From Bryobacterales bacterium (lineage in GTDB: Bacteria; Acidobacteriota; Terriglobia; Bryobacterales; UBA6623), in the NCBI GenBank assembly GCA_963422375.2, contig OY729427.2, positions 832,001-896,000 on the forward strand: a stretch of DNA of 64,000 nt. The letters run 5' to 3'. Of the stretch, positions 42,833-55,335 are shown piece after piece. The notes under the pieces are model-generated. The model was given only the letters and a program-made list of their open reading frames with translations. It was not told the origin of the DNA and searched no databases. Made by a program: the position numbers and the translations under genes. Each line of letters opens with the position of its first letter. Positions within the stretch are counted from its first letter, which is position 1.

Positions 42833-43162
42833 GTGAGCATCAGTCCGAAAATGACCCCGGGCCCGTCGCTGGCGGGTTTGATCGCGGCCCGCCCGCGAAT
42901 CGTTCTGAGCCAGGTAATCTACCTTCTATTCTGCATCGAAGTCGGGCTGGTCCTGCTGCTGCTGCCGTGGACCCTGCTGTGGGACAACAACTATTTCTTC
43001 AGCCTGCAACCGCAGCACAGCGAGTTCTGGCTGAGCAACCACCTCCGCGGGGCCATTTCCGGCGTGGGGCTGGTCAACCTGTGGCTGGGCCTTGACGAGG
43101 CTATCACAGTCATTCACCGGAAGCGCGAGCGATCCAAGCTCAATGCGTCATCGCGTAGATGA
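42833..43162 (+). CDS. Small membrane hypothetical protein
   Basis: Two hydrophobic segments (IYLLFCIEVGLVLLLLPW..W.NNYF; RGAISGVGLVNLW); TAAACT lies 8 nt before the GTG. Confidence 0.7.
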   Translation: MSISPKMTPGPSLAGLIAARPRIVLSQVIYLLFCIEVGLVLLLLPWTLLWDNNYFFSLQPQHSEFWLSNHLRGAISGVGLVNLWLGLDEAITVIHRKRERSKLNASSRR

Positions 43163-43967
43163 TGTAGTTGATCGCCAGCCTGTACGACATGGCCGTGAAC
43201 CGCTCGGGGTACTCCGGCCAGTCCGCGTGCTCCCACGCATCTCCGAGATCCATGTTGTGGTTGATCAGGACCATGAGCCGCCCGTCGTCGTCGCGAATCC
43301 CCCGCCAGTACGGCACGCGACCGTCCTTCTCGTAGGGCCTGCCGCTGAACAGCATCTGCACGCCCGGAATCTGCTCGCGACTCTCCATGTCGAACAGCAC
43401 GTGGAATACCTCGCTCTCCGGCGCGATGTCCTCGACGGGTCGGTCCGGGAAGAGCCGCCGCACCCCGCGCATGAAGTTCTCCCACTCTTGGCTTCCGTGA
43501 AAGTCGTCGAACATGATGAAGCCACCTCGCAGGAGGTACTCGCGGATGCGCTCGACTTCCGACTCCGTCAGGTCCCAGTGGCCGGCCTCAACGACGTACA
43601 GGAAAGGGAGGTCGAAGAACTCGGGCTCGTCCGGGTGGATGTAGTATTCGGTCGGCCGGGCGTCGATGGCCGAGAGCCGTCGCAGTCCCTGCAGGAAATG
43701 CCGCTCGGCCGCCGGCGAGTCGATCTGCCACGGCCGCGTGTCCAGCCATTGGTCGGAATAGAGATCCGAATAGGCCATGCGCGCTAGGACGAACTCGGCT
43801 GGCTCTTGCGGATCCGGCGGCTCGGGCAGGCCAAGAGGGGGTGCCGACGGCAACGGAACGTCACGATAGGCAATCTGGCCGAACAGGAGCCCGGCGCAGG
43901 CGAGCAGCAGGCGAAACCCGCCGAATGCGCCGCGCGGACCCGTACCAGACATGCACCGCGCGCTCAA
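43140..43967 (-). CDS. DUF4159 domain protein
   Basis: PFLY, LTESE...[32 protein letters not shown]. Confidence 0.85.
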   Translation of the reverse strand: MSARCMSGTGPRGAFGGFRLLLACAGLLFGQIAYRDVPLPSAPPLGLPEPPDPQEPAEFVLARMAYSDLYSDQWLDTRPWQIDSPAAERHFLQGLRRLSAIDARPTEYYIHPDEPEFFDLPFLYVVEAGHWDLTESEVERIREYLLRGGFIMFDDFHGSQEWENFMRGVRRLFPDRPVEDIAPESEVFHVLFDMESREQIPGVQMLFSGRPYEKDGRVPYWRGIRDDDGRLMVLINHNMDLGDAWEHADWPEYPERFTAMSYRLAINYIIYAMTH

Positions 43968-45451
43968 TAGCGGTAGTGCTCCGGCTTGTACGGACCTTCG
44001 ACAGGGATGCCGAGATAGTCCGACTGCTCCGGTGTCAGCTCCGTTAGGTCCACCCCCAGAGCCGGCAAGTGGAGCCGGGCAACCCTCTCGTCGAGGCGCT
44101 TCGGAAGGGTCGCCACCGTGCGCCCGTAGGACTCGGCGCTGCGGTGGAGCTCGATCTGCGCGAGGACCTGGTTGGTGAAGCTGCAGGACATCACGAAACT
44201 GGGATGCCCGGTCGCGTTCCCCAAGTTCAGCAAGCGCCCCTCCGAGAGCACGATCACGGAATGCCCGTCGGGGAAGCGGTACTCGTCCACCTGGGGCTTG
44301 ATGGTCTTGCGGGTCACACCCGGAATCGCGGCGAGGCCGGCCATGTCGATCTCGTTGTCGAAGTGGCCGATGTTCCCCACGACCGCCTGGTGCTTCATCC
44401 GGGCCATGTGGTCAGCGGTGATGACGTGCTTGTTCCCGGTCGCGGTCACGAATATGTCCGCCGTGCCGGAGACGTCGTCGAGCCGACGGACCTCAAAGCC
44501 CTCCATGGCCGCCTGCAGGGCACAGATCGGATCAACCTCTGTGACGATCACCCGGGCACCCTGCCCGCGCACCGACTGCGCGCAACCCTTGCCGACATCG
44601 CCGTACCCGCAGACGACGACCACCTTGCCGCCGATCATGACGTCGGTGCCGCGGTTCAAGCCGTCCAGCAGGGAGTGGCGGCAGCCGTAGAAGTTGTCGA
44701 ACTTCGACTTCGTGACCGAGTCGTTGACGTTGATCGCGGGAAACAGGAGCGACCCGTCTTGCTGGCGCTGGTACAGCCTCCTCACGCCAGTGGTCGTCTC
44801 CTCGGACACGCCGCGAACGCCGGGAGCCAAGTCGCTCCACAGGTTGCCCCCGCGCTCCTGGCGGAGCATGGCCAGCGTCCCGAGAACAATTTCCTCCTCG
44901 CGGGAACCTGCGGTCGCAGGGTCGGGCACCCTGCCAGCCTGCTCGTGCTCGAACCCGAGATGCACCATCAGGGTGGCGTCGCCTCCGTCGTCGAGAATCA
45001 GGTTCGGCCCCTGGCCTCCCGGCCAGAGCAGGGCCTTGGACGTAGCCCACCAGTACTCCTCGAGCGTCTCACCCTTCCACGCGAACACCGGCACTCCCCG
45101 TGGGCGCTCCGGGCTGCCGTCCGGGCCGGCGACGACCGCCGCTGCCGCGTGGTCCTGCGTCGAGAAGATGTTGCAGGACGCCCAGCGCAGGGCGGCGCCG
45201 AGCTGGACAAGCGTCTCGATGAGCACCGCGGTCTGCACCGTCATGTGCAGCGACCCGGTGATGCGGGCGCCTTCGAGCGGACGCATTCCCGCGTACTCGT
45301 CGCGCAGCGCCATGAGACCCGGCATCTCGTGCTCGGCTAGGCGGATTTCGTCGCGGCCGAATTCGGCCAAGGACAGATCTTTGACCTTGAATTCCGCAAG
45401 GCGGGCCGCCCGGTCGGCCGCCGACCGCGGAAACACTTCAGCTAGCGCCAT
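43964..45451 (-). CDS. ahcY: Adenosylhomocysteinase
   Basis: [55 protein letters not shown]. Confidence 0.98.
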   Translation of the reverse strand: MALAEVFPRSAADRAARLAEFKVKDLSLAEFGRDEIRLAEHEMPGLMALRDEYAGMRPLEGARITGSLHMTVQTAVLIETLVQLGAALRWASCNIFSTQDHAAAAVVAGPDGSPERPRGVPVFAWKGETLEEYWWATSKALLWPGGQGPNLILDDGGDATLMVHLGFEHEQAGRVPDPATAGSREEEIVLGTLAMLRQERGGNLWSDLAPGVRGVSEETTTGVRRLYQRQQDGSLLFPAINVNDSVTKSKFDNFYGCRHSLLDGLNRGTDVMIGGKVVVVCGYGDVGKGCAQSVRGQGARVIVTEVDPICALQAAMEGFEVRRLDDVSGTADIFVTATGNKHVITADHMARMKHQAVVGNIGHFDNEIDMAGLAAIPGVTRKTIKPQVDEYRFPDGHSVIVLSEGRLLNLGNATGHPSFVMSCSFTNQVLAQIELHRSAESYGRTVATLPKRLDERVARLHLPALGVDLTELTPEQSDYLGIPVEGPYKPEHYRY

Positions 45452-45475
45452 CGCACGTCTCCTATCGCCTGCCCG

Positions 45476-46648
<1,173 letters not shown>

Positions 46649-46738
46649 TTCGATTCTCCGATCAGAAAACTGCCGGATTCTGCTGCCCCTTGAGCTAGCG
46701 CGGGCTGCCGGCGGTCCGGAGCGTCCCCGCGTTCGTCG

Positions 46739-47290
46739 CTAGGCCCGGCCGGACTTGATTCCAATCTCCCATTCTTGGGTCCGCGACTGCGTTTTGTCAA
46801 CGCCGCAAAGGGTTTCGACCCGACCCCCCGACCCCGGCCGGCGACGAGCCGCAAAGAAGCCGCGCAAGGCCTCGAGGCACTCCCCCGCGAGCACCCCTTC
46901 CGAGATATCCACCCTGTGATTGAGAAGATCCGAATCCGCGAGCCGGAACTTGCTGCGCACCGCGCCGAAGCGCAAGTCGCGCGCGGCGAACACCAAGCGC
47001 CGGACCCGGGCGGCGACCAGAGCGCCGGCGCACATCGCGCAGGGCTCCAGCGTCGAGTACACCGTCGCCTCGCTTAGCCACCGCTCGCCAAGGCGGCGCG
47101 CCGCCCGCCGCACGGCGACGATCTCCGCGTGTGCGGTAGGGTCGGAGTCGCGGAGCTGGCGGTTCTCGCCGCGGCCCACCACCTCGCCGGCCCGCACCAC
47201 CAAGGCGCCGACGGGCACCTCGCCCGCGCGCTCGGCGCCGAGAGCGAGATCCAAGGCCGCGCGCATGTACCGCTCGTCGTCGGACGGCAC
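46739..47290 (-). CDS. tadA: tRNA adenosine(34) deaminase
   Basis: GEVPVGA, DPTAHAE, TLEPCAMCAGA, FFAARR. Confidence 0.9.
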   Translation of the reverse strand: MPSDDERYMRAALDLALGAERAGEVPVGALVVRAGEVVGRGENRQLRDSDPTAHAEIVAVRRAARRLGERWLSEATVYSTLEPCAMCAGALVAARVRRLVFAARDLRFGAVRSKFRLADSDLLNHRVDISEGVLAGECLEALRGFFAARRRPGSGGRVETLCGVDKTQSRTQEWEIGIKSGRA

Positions 47291-47291
47291 G

Positions 47292-48275
47292 TCAGTGCCC
47301 GGAGCCGGCGAGACCGAGCCAGTACTCGAGATCGGGGAACACGACCGCCTGCATCTCCGGAGCGTCGACATTCTCCGGCAGCAGCAAGTAGGCCCCGGAG
47401 TCGATGTGGCGCTGCGTCTCCCCGCCCCGCAGGTGCAGGGCCATCTGACGGGTGCTCTCGAACCCCATCTTGAACGGATCCTGGACCACGATCGAGTCGA
47501 TCACGCCGGCGCGCATCTCCCCGACCAGCGTCTCGGAGGCATCGAAGCCCACGATCCGGACCTTGCCGGCGAGCCCGCGCTGCTTCACAGCCTGGACGGT
47601 GCCGTCCACGCTGGACTCGTTGTCGGCGAAGAAACCGGCGAGATCGGGGTGGGCGGTCATGAGGTTCTCGGCCTCGGCCAGCGCCTTGGCGCGATCCGCC
47701 ATGTTGAACTTGACGCCTACGATCTCGATGCCCGGGAACTTCTCCGCGACGGTCTCGACGAAGCCCGCCTCGCGCTTCATGGTAGAGGCGCTGCCGGGCA
47801 TGAAGCCGATCACGCCGACCTTGCCCTTGCCGGCGAGGATCGCGCCCATGCGCTCCGCGGCCATGACACCGCCCTTGTAGTTGTCTGTCACGACGAACGT
47901 AACTATGCGGTCGCTATTGATGGCGGAATCGAAGATCGCGACGGGGATGCCGCTGTCGGCGGCCCGCTCGACGACTGCCACCAGGGCGTCGGCGTCAACC
48001 GGAGCCAGCACGATCCCGTCCACCCGCCTCGTGATGAGGTTCTCGACGATCGCGATCTGGCGCGCCGAGTCGATTTCCATCTGGGGCGCGTTCCAGAGAA
48101 TCTCCAGGTCGAACTCGCGGCCGGCCTTGATCGCCCCCGCGTGAACGGACTGCCAGAAGGTGTGGTTCGTGCCCTTGGGCACGACTCCGACGACCGGCAG
48201 GCCGCTGCCGCCCGCGCATGCCGCCAGCGCCCCGAGGGGCGGGGCCGAGCCGAGGAATTGCCGTCGCGTCAGCAC
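47292..48275 (-). CDS. Sugar-binding periplasmic protein (RbsB-like), twin-arginine lipoprotein
   Basis: TRRQFL, LAAC lipobox, FWQSVHAGA, TDNYKGG, VGFDA, QDPFKMG; no permease adjacent. Confidence 0.9.
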   Translation of the reverse strand: MLTRRQFLGSAPPLGALAACAGGSGLPVVGVVPKGTNHTFWQSVHAGAIKAGREFDLEILWNAPQMEIDSARQIAIVENLITRRVDGIVLAPVDADALVAVVERAADSGIPVAIFDSAINSDRIVTFVVTDNYKGGVMAAERMGAILAGKGKVGVIGFMPGSASTMKREAGFVETVAEKFPGIEIVGVKFNMADRAKALAEAENLMTAHPDLAGFFADNESSVDGTVQAVKQRGLAGKVRIVGFDASETLVGEMRAGVIDSIVVQDPFKMGFESTRQMALHLRGGETQRHIDSGAYLLLPENVDAPEMQAVVFPDLEYWLGLAGSGH

Positions 48276-48314
48276 GCCCGCATTATCGCCCAGTCCATCC
48301 GGGCAATCGCTCCG

Positions 48315-48932
48315 TCAGCCGCCCGCGTTGGGTTGCCACAGCGTTTCCGGCTGCCCGGAGCACCGGCAGGCCCAGCGGCTCCACACGAAGAAGGCGTCGG
48401 ACAGCCGGTTCAGGTAGCGCACAGCGAGGTCGCAGGCCGGAGCGGAGCGAGCGAGCGAAACCACCCGGCGCTCGGCCCGCCGGCACACGGCGCGGCACGC
48501 GTGCAGGTCCGCGTTGAGAGCCGAGCCGCCCGGCAGGACGAACGAGCGCAAGGGCTGGAGCTCCCGGTTGGCCGCGTCGATTTCGGCCTCGAGGCACTCC
48601 ACCTGCGCCGGCAGGACGCGGGGCTGGCGCTCGCCGAGGGAGCCGGGGTCCGTGGCGACTTGGGATCCGAGATTGAATAGCTCGTGCTGGATCCGCAGAA
48701 GAGACTGCCCCAAGGGCTCCAAGGCCGGCCAGCGAGCCTGGAGTGCCGCCAAGCTGGCGCGCGCGCGCCCGACGCAGCAGTTGAGTTCGTCGATGGTGCC
48801 GAAGGCCTCGACGCGGGGATCGTCCTTGGCCACCCGCCGACCGTTCGCCAAGCCCGTCTCCCCGGCGTCCCCCGAGCGGGTGTAGACGCGGTTGAGCGCG
48901 ATGCGGGGCTCGCGAAAGGCCGGTGCCGCCAT
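48315..48932 (-). CDS. pduO: ATP:cob(I)alamin adenosyltransferase, PduO type
   Basis: VYTRSGDAGET, GTIDELN, FVLPGG, RAVCRRAER, YLNRLSD. Confidence 0.93.
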   Translation of the reverse strand: MAAPAFREPRIALNRVYTRSGDAGETGLANGRRVAKDDPRVEAFGTIDELNCCVGRARASLAALQARWPALEPLGQSLLRIQHELFNLGSQVATDPGSLGERQPRVLPAQVECLEAEIDAANRELQPLRSFVLPGGSALNADLHACRAVCRRAERRVVSLARSAPACDLAVRYLNRLSDAFFVWSRWACRCSGQPETLWQPNAGG

Positions 48933-48974
48933 TTACCTAGATGATACGGCCCGCGGCGGCAGGCCGTGCCGAGG

Positions 48975-49976
48975 TCAGGCCAGCGCTTGCCGGTGGCTTT
49001 CCACGCCGGCCTCGGCCAGCAGATTTCCGGCGGTTCCGTGGAGCGGGTACTCGAGGTTGTACACCACCCGCGCTATGCCCGCGTTAATGATCATCTTGGT
49101 GCAGATCAGGCACGGCGAGCAGATCGAGTACAGGGTGGCCCGGTTGACCGAGATGCCGTGGTAAGCCGCCTGCACGATCGCGTTCTCCTCCGCGTGGCTG
49201 CAAAGGCACTCGTCGAGCCGCGTCCCGCTGTCGGCGAGCTCGTTGCAGCGGGGGCAGCCGCCCTCGTTGCAGTTCGTCACGCCGCGCGGCGTGCCGTTGT
49301 AACCGGTGGAAATGATCCGCCGGTCCTTGACGACCACTGCGGCGACCTTGCGCTTCATGCAGTTGGAGCGAAGGGCCACGATGCCGGCGATCCGCATGAA
49401 GTACTCGTCCCAGCCCGGGCGCGAGGCTCCCATCATCCAGCGCCGGGCGACCTCGGTGACGGCGCCGGCGAGCGCCTCCTTGGTGCCGTCGTTGACGATG
49501 GTCTTATCCGCCTCCGCCCACGTGGCGCGCAGCTGCTGGCTGGCTGCATTCGAGCTCTCCAGCTCGCGCCGTTCCTGGTCTACGAACTCGCGGTACGAGG
49601 AAGGCGCGCGGTCACCGCCCCGCTCGAGCACGCGACGGTACCGCAGCCGGGCCGGAGCGTCGAGATGCAGCAGGCGGAACTCGCCCCACTCGCGCAAGGC
49701 CCGCACTTCGTGCGGCGAGCGGATCGAGTCGACGACGTAGTTCTGATCCGGCCGGAACTTCCGGCCCACGCGCTGGGCGAGCACGGACGGCCCGAAGTCG
49801 GCCCGCAGCCTGTTGCCCTCCGCTATGAGGTTCTCCCGCGTCGGGGAGCGGTCCCCGGCCGCGAGCTCCTCGCGAATCACGTCCGACAGGGAGTGGAACC
49901 GGAAGCCCTTCTTGCGCAGGTGCTCGGCCGCGACCGTCTTGCCCGAACCGTTGGTACCGGTCAGTCCGATAATCAT
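48975..49976 (-). CDS. P-loop NMP-kinase-like domain fused to a dCMP deaminase
   Basis: IGLTGTNGSGKT, VVDSIR, then RPGWDEYFM, RSNCMKR, TGYNG, HAEENA, PCLIC. Confidence 0.92.
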   Translation of the reverse strand: MIIGLTGTNGSGKTVAAEHLRKKGFRFHSLSDVIREELAAGDRSPTRENLIAEGNRLRADFGPSVLAQRVGRKFRPDQNYVVDSIRSPHEVRALREWGEFRLLHLDAPARLRYRRVLERGGDRAPSSYREFVDQERRELESSNAASQQLRATWAEADKTIVNDGTKEALAGAVTEVARRWMMGASRPGWDEYFMRIAGIVALRSNCMKRKVAAVVVKDRRIISTGYNGTPRGVTNCNEGGCPRCNELADSGTRLDECLCSHAEENAIVQAAYHGISVNRATLYSICSPCLICTKMIINAGIARVVYNLEYPLHGTAGNLLAEAGVESHRQALA

Positions 49977-50189
49977 GGCCGATAGACCACTATCGCAAAG
50001 CACGAGCGCCTGGCCGAAGCGTCCGTTCCGGTCGCGGGCCGGTCCCGTGCCGAGAGCACGGGACTCGGCGGGGCTGGCGGCCCGACCGCCATCTCAATCC
50101 GGGATCCCGCTCCCCGCGCCGCGAGGCTCGAGAAACACCGACGCGACAAGCGCCTCCGAGCGCTGCTGTCATCGACCGTGCCGAGGCTG

Positions 50190-50238
50190 TAAGATTGAAG
50201 TCAGGCGGAACGTCGGCGATTGCCGAATCGGTCGCCTG
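50190..50238 (+). promoter_or_regulatory. Putative -10 element (TAAGAT) and leader hairpin of hppA
   Basis: TAAGAT at 50190-50195; CAGGCG/CGCCTG outer stem and TCGGC/GCCGA inner stem. Confidence 0.35.
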
Positions 50239-50298
50239 CGTGCTTGGAGGCCCCGTGCTGCGCCAGCCCAGCATGAGCAAGACAGGCATGCGTAGACC

Positions 50299-52353
50299 AT
50301 GGACAACTACCTAGCGCTAGCGCCGGTTCTGGGCGCAGTCGGCTTGGCGGGCGCTCTCGTCGGCCTGCTGGCGGTGCGCAGGAACTCACCCGGCAACGCC
50401 CGCATGCAGGGCGTGTCGCGCCTGATCCGGGTTGGCGCGATGGCCTTCCTCCGTCGCGAATACAGCATCCTGGCGATCTTCGTCGCCGCCGTGGCCGGCC
50501 TGATCGCGTGGAAGCTCGGCGCGCCGATGGCGCTGACCTTTGCCGTCGGCGCGCTGTGCTCGATCGCGGCCGGCCTGTGCGGCATGAACGCAGCGACGCT
50601 GGCGAACTCACGCACGAGCGAGGCCGCCCGCACGAGCGGGATCGACGCGGCCCTCACAGTGGCCTTCAGCGGGGGCTCGGTCATGGGCCTCTCCGTGGCA
50701 GGCCTCGGGCTGCTGGGCGTGGGCCTGCTGGCGGTCAGCTTCCCGGATCCGTCGAGCGCCGTCTACCTCAACGGCTTCGCCATGGGGGCGAGCTCGATCG
50801 CGCTGTTCGCGCGCGTCGGCGGGGGCATCTTCACCAAGGCGGCCGACGTCGGCGCCGACCTCGTCGGGAAGGTCGAAGCCGGCATCCCGGAAGACGACCC
50901 GCGCAATCCCGGCGTGATCGCAGACAATGTCGGGGACAACGTCGGGGACGTGGCAGGAATGGGCGCGGACATCTTCGAGTCGTTCGTCGGCTCGATGATC
51001 GCCAGCCTCGCAATCGCGGCAACGCTGCCCGAAGGAGCTCTGGCACAGCTGGCGGGAACACTCGGGGGCGAAGCGCTCCGCTCGTCGCTGATGGCGCTGC
51101 CGCTCGTGCTGTCCTCCGTCGGACTGGTCGCGTCGCTGCTCGGCATCCTGTCGGTGCGCGTGCTGCGGTCGGCCGGGCCCGCGGCCGCGCTGCGGTACTC
51201 GGTGTGGCTGAGTGCCCTGCTATTCCTCGCGGGCGGCTACTTCATCGGCAAGGCCATGGGCGTGGGCGCGGGCGTGTTCGGGGCGGTCGTCTCCGGATGC
51301 CTGGCCGGCGTGGCGATCGGCTACATCACCGAGTACTACACCTCGATGGGCCCGGTTCTCCGCATCGCCGAGGCGTCGCGGATGGGATCGGCCACGAACA
51401 TCATCGAAGGCCTCTCGACCGGCTTCCGCAGCTGCGCGCCGCCAGTGCTGGTGATCTGCGCGGCGATCCACCTCGCCCACGACGCGGCCGGCCTGTACGG
51501 AATCGGGATCGCCGCCGTCGGCATGCTGGCCACCGTCGGCATCACGATGACCGTGGACGCCTACGGCCCGATCGCCGACAACGCCGGAGGCATCTCGGAG
51601 ATGTGCGGCCTGCCCGGCGAAGTACGCTCGATCACCGACCGGCTCGATTCGCTCGGCAACACGACCGCGGCGATGGGGAAGGGCTTCGCCATCGGCTCCG
51701 CGGCCCTGGCGGCCCTGGCGCTGTTCTCGGCCTACACGCAGGCGCTCGACAGCGCCCGGGCGGCCGCCGGGCTGGAACCCATCTCGATCCCGCTCAACGA
51801 CGCGGACGTCGTGATCGGCCTGATGCTGGGAGGGATCCTGCCGTTCCTGATCTCGGCACTCACGATGAAGGCGGTGGGCAGAGCGGCGGGCAAAATCATC
51901 GACGAGATCCGGCGCCAGTTCCGCGAGATCGCCGGCCTCCTCGAGGGCCGCGCCGGCGTCGAGCCGGATGCGGCGCGCTGCGTGGACATCGCGACCGCGG
52001 CCGCGCTCAGGGAAATGATCCTGCCGGGGGTCATCGCGGTGTCGGCACCGGTTCTCGTGGGCGTCGCCCTGGGCCCCGCGGCGCTGGGCGGGACGCTGGC
52101 CGGCGCGACGGTGACCGGAGTCCTGCTGGCCCTGTTCATGGCCAACGCCGGGGGTGCCTGGGACAACGCCAAGAAAGCGATCGAGCAGGGAGCTGTTTCC
52201 GGGGAAAGCAAGGGTTCGGACGGGCACAAGGCGTCGGTGGTGGGCGATACCGTCGGCGACCCGTTCAAGGACACATCCGGGCCGTCAATGAACATACTGA
52301 TCAAGCTGATGTCGATCGTGGCCCTCGTCATCGCCCCGATCATCGCTGTGTAG
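50299..52353 (+). CDS. hppA: Membrane pyrophosphatase, K+-dependent type (probably Na+-translocating)
   Basis: [35 protein letters not shown] (Ala at the K+-dependence position), [14 protein letters not shown]. Confidence 0.96.
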   Translation: MDNYLALAPVLGAVGLAGALVGLLAVRRNSPGNARMQGVSRLIRVGAMAFLRREYSILAIFVAAVAGLIAWKLGAPMALTFAVGALCSIAAGLCGMNAATLANSRTSEAARTSGIDAALTVAFSGGSVMGLSVAGLGLLGVGLLAVSFPDPSSAVYLNGFAMGASSIALFARVGGGIFTKAADVGADLVGKVEAGIPEDDPRNPGVIADNVGDNVGDVAGMGADIFESFVGSMIASLAIAATLPEGALAQLAGTLGGEALRSSLMALPLVLSSVGLVASLLGILSVRVLRSAGPAAALRYSVWLSALLFLAGGYFIGKAMGVGAGVFGAVVSGCLAGVAIGYITEYYTSMGPVLRIAEASRMGSATNIIEGLSTGFRSCAPPVLVICAAIHLAHDAAGLYGIGIAAVGMLATVGITMTVDAYGPIADNAGGISEMCGLPGEVRSITDRLDSLGNTTAAMGKGFAIGSAALAALALFSAYTQALDSARAAAGLEPISIPLNDADVVIGLMLGGILPFLISALTMKAVGRAAGKIIDEIRRQFREIAGLLEGRAGVEPDAARCVDIATAAALREMILPGVIAVSAPVLVGVALGPAALGGTLAGATVTGVLLALFMANAGGAWDNAKKAIEQGAVSGESKGSDGHKASVVGDTVGDPFKDTSGPSMNILIKLMSIVALVIAPIIAV

Positions 52354-52895
52354 GGACGGAATCAACGCCGAAGCGAAGCGTTGCCAAAGCGAGACCGCAC
52401 CGACCGACGGGCCACACGAGAAATCACCGGATCAGGGCAGCGTGAGATTATCACGAGATTCGCAAACCAACTCAACCGCCGTGAAGGGATACGGTGTTTC
52501 CGTCAGCTCCGTCGCGTTGATGTTGGACTATAGCCTGTCCCGACCCCGCTCCGTTTGGCTGGTTTAACATGTCGCACGAATCCGACGGATCGTGAGAATC
52601 GTATGAGACTCCAGAGCCCCCGCCAAGGATCGAGAACGGCTGCTGTGGACGCAGTTGGAGTGTTCGATACCGGATCCAATGGCCCCGGAGATCTGTATTC
52701 TTAGCCGTGACAATGTACTGTGCAAGAGGTCGTCTCCAGTCGATAACACGGGACTCAAGCCTGCGAAAGGGAGACTGAGAGAGTCGAGATTCTGCATCCC
52801 AGGCCTACCGTCGGGAAGACTGGTTTCCGGCAAGTCTGGGATTCTCTCGGGCCCCTTGATGCCGACAATTCTAGTGCAGGGAGACTTCCTTCCGT

Positions 52896-54601
52896 CAGCG
52901 GTTCTAAATTTGGCCGTCAAGGGGGTGCGTGAACGTTGTTTCGGAGGATGAGGTGAATAAGTTGACCGAGAGGTTGCGCTCCTGAGGCCGCCCCGCGGGA
53001 GCGTCGGACGGCGGGCAGGGCCGTGGTGCGGGTCCGCCGAGTGCCGAGCCCGCGGCCGGACGCACTCCGGCGGTAGCCGGCTGCGACGGTCGGCCGCTCG
53101 CCGGACGCTGCCGGCACGAAACTGCGCGGAGTCCAGGCCCCGGCTGCCCGGCCGCCTGGCAGCCCGGAGGCGCGCGTCCGGCGCGCACCGCCGCCAGCAG
53201 CGTCGGCCAGTCCGGGAAACGGAACCAGCGCAGCGCGACCTGCAGCTCCCGGAACAGGGCGCGGCGCGTGACCGGCTGGCGCAGCGCGCAGACGCACTGC
53301 ACCACGGCGTGGAGTGCGAAGGCGAACAGGTTCGGCACGGCCAGCACGTTGGCCAGCCCTTCCTTGCCGTGCCCGAAGTTGCGCTTGAAGTTGCGGCCGT
53401 GCCGCGCCAGGCAGTTGAAGCCCTCGTTCTCGATCTTCCAGCGCGCCCGGCCGGCGCGCGCGATCCGCTCCGCGTTGTCCGCGGTGACCGCGAGACCGGT
53501 GAAGAAGCTGCTGGCGTAGGTGCGCTTGCCGTCGCGCTCCACGGCGTACTCGAGCCAAGTGCCCTGCAGGGCGTCGCGGCCCTGGCGCAGGGGCACCGCG
53601 GCCGTCCGGCGGAAACGGTGCCGCTCGGACCGCTTGCCCTTCCCGCGCCGCGGCAGCCAGCCGGTCGAGCGCACCGCGCCGCTCGCCCGCCGGCTCTCCG
53701 GCACCTCGTACAATCCCTTGCGGGATCCGGGCTTGCCTACCCGGATGCAGTCCATGCCGGCCGCCGCGGCGGCCTCGCAGACCGGCTGGCAGCAGTACAG
53801 GGCGTCGCCCGGCAGGACGGGGCGGCAGGCCTGCAGCCAGGCGCCGTCAGCGGCGAGCCAGCGCTTGGCGGCGTTGCGCTCGCAGTCCCGCTTGCGCTCG
53901 TCCTCGCTCGTGTCGGCGCGGGTCGCGGCCGCGGCCTGCAGCGGGCGCACGAACTCGGGCATCAGCGGCAGGACGGTGGCGTGGCCGTCGGCCACCGCGG
54001 TGGCCGCGACCATGGCGTGGAAGTGATGCGGCCGGCGCTCGCTGCCGACGCGCCGCACCGAGCACTGCGGGCCATGCACCCTGTCGGAGCGGTGGAACCG
54101 GACGCCGTCCGGCGCCGCCGGCAGGCGCTCGTCGAGGCGCTGGAAGGGCTCGAGCGCGCCCGGCGCGGCCACGGTTGCGAGGCACCGCCGGAAGAGCGGG
54201 TCGAACGCGGCCGGGTCGAGGTCGTCGAGCAAGTTGCGGATCCGGTTGTCGCAGGGGATGCGGCCCACGCCGCACAGGGTCCGGCAGTTGGAGCGGGAGC
54301 CGTCCCGCTCCATGCGCCGCTGGAACGCGAGCAACGACTCGCACCGGGTGCAGAAGCAGGCCGGGGCGCACCAGGGCGCAACCGGCGGCGTCGCTGACCT
54401 CGTAGCGCTTGTTGCTGCGACCGTCGCGCCGGTCGGGCCGGCCGGCGGCCGTCTCGCGGAAGGCGCTCAGCGGCGAGTCCAGGACATGGGGCATACACCT
54501 TAGCTCACAAATTCCGCAAGGAAAAGTCAAGTGCCAGACTGCCTTCGACACCTTTCTCAGACACTCTGGAAATCCCAAAATGCCCAAATTGAGAATCGCT
54601 G
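52896..54601 (-). mobile_element. ISNCY-family element, most complete copy; transposase frameshifted near the 5' end
   Basis: TIRs CAGCGGTTCTAAATTTGG / CCAAATTGAGAATCGCTG; 9-bp TSD TCCTTCCGT (52887-52895, 54602-54610); motifs PLMPEF, DCERNAAKRW, RARWKIENEGFN, NFGHG. Confidence 0.93.
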
Positions 54602-55335
54602 TCCTTCCGTTCCTTTTCACGGCAGTTTCGAGGTATCGCTGGCCCGCTCGAGGGCCAAGTGGGCGTCGATCCGGAGGCGGACCGCTGCGTGGACATCGGG
54701 ACTTCAGTCGCTCTCAGGGGAATAATACCGTCGCGAGTTGAATTCGTGTCGGCTCCGGCTCTCGCGCGGACTTCAACTCATTCTGGCGGCCGGGCAGGCA
54801 GGTGACAAGCGAGAGCGCGCGACGATCGCAGGCGTACCGCCAGCTAAGAGGACTCGGACTTGCGGAACCTGGCCCCGCCGTCGGCAAGGAGAGGCACCCT
54901 TGGCTTTCCGGAATGTCCGAGGGCAGCGCCCGCGAAGCTCCCCGGGATCGCTTTCCATTCGCCACCGATCGTCTGGAACCGACACGAAACCAGTAGTTGC
55001 AATCTCCGGCCTCGTAACCGTCAAGGCCTCCCAGCGAGGTGGCGGGCCCTGCTCCGGACGAGCCGAGCGCACGGACGGGGTGGCTGCGATAGCCGGCGAC
55101 GAATCCGGGTCCGCGGGCCCACGCCGTTGCCGCCCTAGAATCTTACGAGTCGCTTTCCGCTCGGCTGCGGCATTGGAAGCCCGCTCCGGCGTGATTCATT
55201 CCCGGCCATCAATGGTCGCGGCCGGCGAGGCGGCCGACCGCTCGAGCCTCCGCTCGACGCCAGGCTCCGCGTAGGCGCGCGATGCAGGCCAGATGCAGGC
55301 CAAGCGCGCCGCCTGCTCTGGTAGATTGGGAAGGG

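Noticed and set aside
46649..46800. SAM or SAH riboswitch upstream of metK-ahcY
   Set aside because: A GC hairpin is present (CTAGCG/CGCTAG), but I could not match SAM-I or SAH consensus elements, and the region overlaps the tadA 3' end.
46739..47290. TadA as the cause of A>G erosion in IS elements
   Set aside because: It looks like the ordinary housekeeping tRNA deaminase in a housekeeping context. Nothing in the sequence indicates DNA activity.
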